Origin: a virus
Taxonomy: Duplodnaviria; Heunggongvirae; Uroviricota; Caudoviricetes
Reading direction: 5' to 3' (one strand)
DNA: 64,000 bases
Virus record (IMG/VR): IMGVR_UViG_2925908680_000001
Shown one piece after another: positions 58,500-64,000 of this stretch (position 1 is the stretch's first letter; each line of letters starts with the position of its first letter). Below the pieces are notes generated by a model. The model was given only the letters and a program-made list of their open reading frames with translations. It was not told the DNA's origin and made no database searches. The position numbers were made by a program, and so were the translations under genes.

Positions 58500-58640
58500 G
58501 TTTAGCTCAGAGATCAATGGTAGTGCTGGCTGGGCTGCCGAAAGGCAGGCCGGTTCCCTTTTGCGCCGGTAGTTCCAACCCAGTCAGTGCTACCGCCATT
58601 GAGATTGGAACCTCACGCGGTAGCTCCTTAAATTAGCAAA
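58500..58640 (+). ncRNA. candidate C4-type antisense RNA / structured leader upstream of second icd-like gene
   Basis: Multiple GC hairpins in 140-nt leader; position as P1 c4. Confidence 0.3.
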
Positions 58641-58654
58641 AGGAGGCTGCCAAT

Positions 58655-58870
58655 ATGGCTACTATCCCTACCCCAACTCATTCTGAATTTATCTGGCGTT
58701 TCTATTCCTGCCAAAAACACCTGTATATCTGCGTCATGGCTGCTACCGAAGCAGAAGCTCGTTCATACCTTCCTGAAGAACCCTGCATTTTTGCCGCACG
58801 CTTCACTCTTGATGCGATGGAGATCCTAAATTACTGGAATCTGCCAATGAACTGCGTGGAGGTGCACTGA
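58655..58870 (+). CDS. Icd-like small protein, paralog of 19028..19252
   Basis: 71 aa; SEFIWRFYSCQKH motif. Confidence 0.45.
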   Translation: MATIPTPTHSEFIWRFYSCQKHLYICVMAATEAEARSYLPEEPCIFAARFTLDAMEILNYWNLPMNCVEVH

Positions 58871-59811
58871 TGAATCTGTCCATCTCTCAAAAAGCGACAA
58901 TGACCAGTATTGAGATCGCGGAACTGGTAGGTAAGCGTCATGATAATGTGAAGCGTACCATTGAAGTATTAACTAAAGGTGGTGTCATTCAATTTCCTCA
59001 AATTGAGGAAATTGAAAATAAACAATCAGTTGGCCCTCGTCGATTTTCCAAGGCTTACATATTTGAAGGCGAACAAGGAAAACGAGACAGCATCATTGTC
59101 GTCGCGCAGCTCTCTCCGGAATTCACCGCCCGGCTGGTGGACCGCTGGCGCGAACTGGAGAATGCCCGGGTACAGTTAAAATCAAAAGCCGAAATTCTGG
59201 CTGAAATGGCGCAAATGCATCTTGAGCATGAACGCCGGATCAACGCCGTAAATGCCCAGGTAGCCGAGGTATCAGCACAAGTATCGATGGTCGCTGAAAC
59301 ACTCGAGCAAATCAAGAAAGGCAATATTCCGGAAGGCTACATTGGCTACCGCCAGCTGGCGGCGAAATGTGGCCTGACTGAAGCCAAATGTCGCAACCTG
59401 GTTAACGCTTTCCGGATTCCCACCGATACGCATGAGTTTTTAACTCCAGATGGTTTGCTTGCGCGACGCTCCATTGTGGCCCTGGTCCCCTTCCGGAAAG
59501 CCTTTAAGCAGGTGATGTCGGAGGCAGAACCACGCAATAAACGCTGGTATCATCCAAAGATGGGGATGTTTCAGGCAATCCACCATCCTGTGCCTGAAAG
59601 CCCAAAGGATAATCTGTCACTACATACCGTCAGAGAGAAGATCAGGACTGGATACGCAACAGTGTGTCGTCGTTCTTCCTGGCCTGAAGGTATATGGGTG
59701 TGGCCCGAAGGTGGATCACGAAAGCACTGGCGCACCATCCGTGACGGGAAAATCCATGCTATTGATTTAGCTCCAGAGGATGTTATTGCTATGGACTGGA
59801 TTGTTAGTTAA
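58870..59811 (+). CDS. antirepressor (Ant/Rha-type) fused to C-terminal DUF2829 (Tad2-like) domain
   Basis: 313 aa; N-terminus MTSIEIAELVGKRHDNVKRTIE; C-terminal 70 aa homologous to separate ORF 19959..20156. Confidence 0.6.
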   Translation: MNLSISQKATMTSIEIAELVGKRHDNVKRTIEVLTKGGVIQFPQIEEIENKQSVGPRRFSKAYIFEGEQGKRDSIIVVAQLSPEFTARLVDRWRELENARVQLKSKAEILAEMAQMHLEHERRINAVNAQVAEVSAQVSMVAETLEQIKKGNIPEGYIGYRQLAAKCGLTEAKCRNLVNAFRIPTDTHEFLTPDGLLARRSIVALVPFRKAFKQVMSEAEPRNKRWYHPKMGMFQAIHHPVPESPKDNLSLHTVREKIRTGYATVCRRSSWPEGIWVWPEGGSRKHWRTIRDGKIHAIDLAPEDVIAMDWIVS

Positions 59812-59818
59812 ATGCTGC

Positions 59819-59839
59819 ATCCCCGGCGACGCCGGGGAT
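59819..59839 (+). terminator. hairpin atccccggc-gac-gccggggat
   Basis: 9-bp GC stem after ant stop; weak U-tract. Confidence 0.55.
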
Positions 59840-59870
59840 TTAACTGCCAAATAATCGGATTATCCGCACG

Positions 59871-60182
59871 ATGAAAAAAATAGATTTCACTTATTCTGCC
59901 GCCACACTTGAGCGGCGCTTCACCCTCATTAGAGAGTTGGAACTGTCAAAAGTCTGGTATCAAATCCTACTGGATGAAGAGTTTTCACTGATGGTTATAG
60001 CAGAAAAATTGGCTATGCCTAATGATCGGCACAAGGTCATAGCCAGCCTCGATCTGGTGACAAACAGATACTGGGAAACAGAGGAACTACATGAGGCGGG
60101 AGTAATTCGTGACCTGATGGAGAATTCCGTTCCCCGCCGCTATCGTGCAGGGAACGGCATCTCCGTGGTTAAAGGTGTTTAA
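59871..60182 (+). CDS. hypothetical protein
   Basis: 103 aa ORF. Confidence 0.35.
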   Translation: MKKIDFTYSAATLERRFTLIRELELSKVWYQILLDEEFSLMVIAEKLAMPNDRHKVIASLDLVTNRYWETEELHEAGVIRDLMENSVPRRYRAGNGISVVKGV

Positions 60183-60571
60183 AGCTCACCTGCGCGCTGT
60201 TTTTCAAGCACAGATTTAACATTTGGCGCTTTCCCTTTAAAAGAATGGAAAGTGCCACATTTTTCTGTTTTAACCTCGCGCAGAGCTTCGCCATCGGCGT
60301 TCTGCCATTGATGGGATAATGTCATATCACCGCGAGAAGGAACATCCAGCGAGTACAGCGTGTAAGTTCCCCCCATCTCCGCATACTCCTGGAACACATA
60401 GCTCATTACGTCAGATTCAGTTTTTCGGTGTGCGTTATCAACCTTATTCCCATTCAGAAATATGGCATCTGGATAGATTTTTATATCAAACCTACCGCAC
60501 TTAACTTGTAAATTTCCGGCGCTCGCGATCAAAGGGAAAGACGCCAGTAAAGCAATAGCCAATCTTTTCAA
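60179..60571 (-). CDS. secreted protein (signal peptide)
   Basis: 130 aa; MKRLAIALLASFPLIASA leader. Confidence 0.45.
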   Translation of the reverse strand: MKRLAIALLASFPLIASAGNLQVKCGRFDIKIYPDAIFLNGNKVDNAHRKTESDVMSYVFQEYAEMGGTYTLYSLDVPSRGDMTLSHQWQNADGEALREVKTEKCGTFHSFKGKAPNVKSVLEKQRAGEL

Positions 60572-60591
60572 TTCTGCCTCCGCTGCGTAAC

Positions 60592-61215
60592 TTATTGCCC
60601 GTATTTTTTACACCATTGCTCTGCCATTTGTTTGGCTAAAGGCCCGGCTACTGCACTGTATTCTGCTGTTTTACTTTGCACACATGAAGCAGATGGTTTT
60701 TTATTTCGCTGCTCGGTTAGTTTGCGCTCATAAGCCATCATGCTATCGAACCCGGCAATATCACTTTGGCGAAGCATTCCCTTTTTAACCAAAAATTGCT
60801 GCCCCTCGGGCACCAGCGCAAGCATAAAAAGTGGTTGTAATAACTCACCTAATCCTTGCTGGCGATACACTTCGAATTGCTGCCATCCCTGACTTAATCT
60901 GGAAAGAGTATCTTTGGTTGAATAACCTGTTTTTGTTATAGCTTTGTCCGTCAGATATGCTGTATATGCAAAAACGCAAAAGTCAGTTTTACCAATAAAC
61001 TGAGTTCCAACAGGCCGTAATGGAATGCCCTCTCTCTTGCAAAAGTCCATAATTGCCGCTTGTGAATGATCCCCACCAGCGTTATTCATAACCTGCTGCC
61101 CTGCCCTGTATTGTGCAGGTAACGCAGTTGCATTGGCTGTATTAACAGATACGCATCCCAACATAGCCGCGAGCGCGGTCCCTAAAACCCTTAACTTCAC
61201 TACACCGTCCTTCAT
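60592..61215 (-). CDS. secreted/periplasmic protein (signal peptide)
   Basis: 207 aa; hydrophobic leader ...AAMLGCVSVNTANA. Confidence 0.45.
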   Translation of the reverse strand: MKDGVVKLRVLGTALAAMLGCVSVNTANATALPAQYRAGQQVMNNAGGDHSQAAIMDFCKREGIPLRPVGTQFIGKTDFCVFAYTAYLTDKAITKTGYSTKDTLSRLSQGWQQFEVYRQQGLGELLQPLFMLALVPEGQQFLVKKGMLRQSDIAGFDSMMAYERKLTEQRNKKPSASCVQSKTAEYSAVAGPLAKQMAEQWCKKYGQ

Positions 61216-61334
61216 GTAAACAAAATGAAGTTTTATGTTACAAAAACAATCAACTACATCAACATGATTTAGGCCAAATTTCGGTCAAAAAATAAAATCC
61301 ACAAAAAGTGGTTGACACTATTTTGGAAATCACA

Positions 61335-61357
61335 AACTGCACATAATCCATCGCGCT
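61335..61357 (+). promoter_or_regulatory. late-promoter-like element GGAAATCACAAACTG + -10 CATAAT
   Basis: Best match of the four-member family. Confidence 0.55.
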
Positions 61358-61431
61358 AACGGCTCCCGTTGAAGGTTCTTTTGACGATTAACTTTCAGCC
61401 GAAGCGCGGTAGGGAGTCATAACGCCAAAGC

Positions 61432-61457
61432 AGGCCGCCATGTGCGGCCTTTTTTTG
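61432..61457 (+). terminator. rho-independent terminator aggccgc-catgt-gcggcct + TTTTTTT located in leader between late promoter and next gene
   Basis: Classic stem plus U-tract. Confidence 0.85.
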
Positions 61458-61483
61458 TATCCGTCATCCGTGGAGGAAGGACA

Positions 61484-62137
61484 ATGGAAAAGATCGCAAT
61501 ATTCAGCCTGACCACCAGCAAGCCTCAAATGCTCACTGCAATACTGAAAGACGGTGCTCTCATTATTAACGAAGTAAAACCCCTTCCCGCGTCAGCATTG
61601 GAGCAAAAGCAAAAAATTCCTCCAGCCATAGCAGCCCTGCGGAAAAGCAAATTTAAGGTACTGGTAGACGAAATTACGCCAACGATCTCCGCTGGCACCG
61701 GAGCAAGCCAGGTGACTCTCAAGACCCGTCATGCCGATGGCAGAGCAGCAATCATCGTCGGGATGGAAAGATACAGAGAGTTAAAACTCCAGAAGCTATT
61801 ATCCCTGCCGCAAAATAACAAAGGTGCTTTCGAAATCCCCGACTCTATCGTTGATACCGAATACAACGGTAACGGAGAAGAAGTCTACAGGGTGAACTGG
61901 CAGGATATCAGGCCGGAGCATATTCTGATGATCCTGTGTTGCTACGCGACCGTATACCACAACGTTGCCAGTGCGGATTACGTAGAGCAGATGACCGGTA
62001 CAGTCGAGAAAGAGCAAAAAACAGGCATACTCGCTTCGTTCCTTTCCATTATTGGGCATGAAAAAGTTAAAGCAGGCACCTCCCAGCCAAAGTCACTGGC
62101 TGGGAAAGAAGTTGATGAAGATACCGTGATACTTTGA
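61484..62137 (+). CDS. hypothetical late protein
   Basis: ATG at 61484 with GGAGGAAGG SD (ORF track start 61442). Confidence 0.45.
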   Translation: MEKIAIFSLTTSKPQMLTAILKDGALIINEVKPLPASALEQKQKIPPAIAALRKSKFKVLVDEITPTISAGTGASQVTLKTRHADGRAAIIVGMERYRELKLQKLLSLPQNNKGAFEIPDSIVDTEYNGNGEEVYRVNWQDIRPEHILMILCCYATVYHNVASADYVEQMTGTVEKEQKTGILASFLSIIGHEKVKAGTSQPKSLAGKEVDEDTVIL

Positions 62138-62272
62138 TCACATTAGTAGCTTTGTTAACTCCCTCAACACCAGGTAGAAGAGTAACAAAAATATTGACGC
62201 GAGTATTTGAGTGGTCAATGAGGCGTTCATAAACAGATCAATTAGCTTTAATATTTCGAAGATAACATCCAT
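62138..62272 (-). CDS. 44-aa hydrophobic peptide (small membrane protein / type-I-toxin-like)
   Basis: GGAG SD 5 nt before ATG; MDVIFEILKLIDLFMNASLTTQILASIFLLLFYLVLRELTKLLM; convergent with 61484..62137. Confidence 0.35.
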   Translation of the reverse strand: MDVIFEILKLIDLFMNASLTTQILASIFLLLFYLVLRELTKLLM

Positions 62273-62445
62273 GTCATTCACTCCGTTTAATTTTTAATCT
62301 AATGCCAGCAAATGAAGCTGGCCCCCGCATAAAGATTAATGAAAGTCACTTGTCACCAGTGAGGGGATTTATGGTGGCCTGTCTGTTTCTCGCATTTCAC
62401 ACCCTGCATACAGTTTCCCCCAGGTTATGACTGAGAGGCTTTGTT

Positions 62446-62775
62446 ATGGGCTATAGCAGACTCGACGATAGGTACATTGAAGACGATATTTTTCGTGCGC
62501 TGTTTCACCAGGAAATGATTAAGCGGGTATCGGAGTATCACTCTGATAATTTCCAGTACACGATAAAGATTGATGAAGTATATCGTTCAGACCTTGCAGC
62601 CTACCGGGCGTATGGCAATGCAGATTTGCGCTGGGTATTCCGGGTGCTGGTGGGCCATGAGTCAGAAATGGAAGAAATGCCCGCCGGGACCACGTTAACT
62701 CTTCCTGATGTGGCATGGCTGAGGAATAAGATCCGTGATTACGCGAGCGCGGAACCGGAGATAGAAAATGCCTGA
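62446..62775 (+). CDS. hypothetical protein
   Basis: 109 aa ORF. Confidence 0.4.
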   Translation: MGYSRLDDRYIEDDIFRALFHQEMIKRVSEYHSDNFQYTIKIDEVYRSDLAAYRAYGNADLRWVFRVLVGHESEMEEMPAGTTLTLPDVAWLRNKIRDYASAEPEIENA

Positions 62776-63964
62776 TTTCCTGAAAAACCAGGACGGGCGC
62801 TATATCACTGACGGCCTGTCCTCTAAGGACTTCACGCGTTTATTCGACCTTATCAGGAAAGAACAAACCCGTAAGCGCCGGCAAGCTCACCGGACGCTGA
62901 CGCCAGGTAGACTGAGGAACAAATCCGCCGAAGATATTCTCAAGTTAGGGAAGAAAAAAGGCGGCACGTTCTTCACGCGAGACGACCTGAAAGGTTTCGA
63001 AAAGCTACGGAGTAAAACGCGCGAAAAATATGACAGCAAGACGGCTGGCATCACATACGCCCAGCTGGTGGCATCCAGCCAGGCAATCGATATTAAGCGT
63101 GCAAATAACGCCGTGGATGACGGATCCGGTATCAAAAGAGCTACCCCCGTATCTCTTCGCCACAATGTGATTAATATCCGCGTAGAAGCATCGGATATAT
63201 CCGTCCACCAGCACCATATCGTCCGGATACGCTTTGAAGAATGGGATCAGATGGTTGATGACATCGCAGAAGACGATAAATCAGCTCTCAAAATCACTAA
63301 ATCACTGTGCGCCGGGCGAGTGTCTTTCGATTGTGACTGTGGTCGTCATCAATACTGGTATCGTTACATCGCCACTGCGGGTAACTTTGCCCTGGCACCG
63401 CCAAAAGAATACGCCTATCCAAAAGTTCGCAACCCGAAGCTGCAAGGCGTCGCCTGTAAACACGTGATCCACTCAATGACGCGGTTACAGTCCGCCAGTT
63501 GGCAAATGAGTATTGCTCGTGCGCTACAAAAGGCTGCAACGCAAATTGCATTTGGTGACGATCGCCGCCGTACAACTAAACACTTCTCAAAAGAAGACGA
63601 GAAGGAGTTTAATCGCAATCGTAGCAGTAAAACGAACGTTGAAGCCGCCAAACGCGAATGGAGGCTCTATCAGAAGCGCCAGGCAGCTTTAAGTACAAAA
63701 CTGGCAAAGGACAACGGCAAGATCGACAAGCTACGTGACCAATTGACCAGGGCCAGAAAGTTGTCAGACGCACAGAAAAAACGGGCGGCTGCAAAAGAAG
63801 CGGCCTTGCAACGTGAGAAACAGAAAAATAAGGAACTTCAGCAACGCCTTGCCGATCAGTTCGCACTGAAGAAGCAGGCGTTCATTGATGCACTGGTCAT
63901 GGCAGGAACGTCACCTGAGCAAGCTGAAAAAATGTTTATGGAGTACGTGAAGAAAGGTTCTTGA
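62768..63964 (+). CDS. SWIM-type zinc-finger protein with basic coiled-coil C-terminus
   Basis: 398 aa; CDCGRHQYWY...CKHVIH (CxC-Xn-CxH). Confidence 0.45.
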   Translation: MPDFLKNQDGRYITDGLSSKDFTRLFDLIRKEQTRKRRQAHRTLTPGRLRNKSAEDILKLGKKKGGTFFTRDDLKGFEKLRSKTREKYDSKTAGITYAQLVASSQAIDIKRANNAVDDGSGIKRATPVSLRHNVINIRVEASDISVHQHHIVRIRFEEWDQMVDDIAEDDKSALKITKSLCAGRVSFDCDCGRHQYWYRYIATAGNFALAPPKEYAYPKVRNPKLQGVACKHVIHSMTRLQSASWQMSIARALQKAATQIAFGDDRRRTTKHFSKEDEKEFNRNRSSKTNVEAAKREWRLYQKRQAALSTKLAKDNGKIDKLRDQLTRARKLSDAQKKRAAAKEAALQREKQKNKELQQRLADQFALKKQAFIDALVMAGTSPEQAEKMFMEYVKKGS

Positions 63965-64000
63965 TTGACAACAAAGGCGGTCATACAGACCGCCAAACTC

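Overview
The window is about 64 kb of a P1/D6-like temperate myovirus (plasmid-prophage) genome; nothing here looks like host chromosome. The anchor is a Cre-family recombinase whose N-terminus reads as Dre, sitting 150 bp from a 32-bp site that matches the rox site from memory, so the element is phage D6 or a close relative. Layout, left to right: a late tail module ending in a tail-fibre gene with 240-bp tandem repeats; a Cin-type invertible C-segment (cix sites, ~680-bp inverted repeats, alternative fibre tip, two Tfa chaperones); a holin/DarA-like late operon and putative head genes; an icd/ant immunity-type module; a 2278-aa DarB-like methyltransferase-helicase; a 3-kb non-coding block with 5 tRNA genes and a hairpin-repeat family; pacA/pacB terminase; a C1-like repressor candidate; rox/dre; dUTPase; phd-doc; LexA-boxed humD; a long leftward operon of small accessory genes; a Ref-like HNH protein; a second icd/ant module; and more late genes. 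Most interesting signals outside standard annotation: a dispersed TGTTAGAAA operator-like motif at 12 intergenic sites; a conserved GGAAATCACAAACTG element before -10 hexamers of late operons; four DUF2829 (Tad2-like) domains, two tied to the Ant antirepressors; the duplicated immunity module; and structured repeats in the tRNA block. All protein-family calls are from reading motifs by eye, not from searches; coordinates of short sites are accurate to a few bases. I could not pin down a single clearly undescribed system; the candidates above are ranked by interest in the findings.
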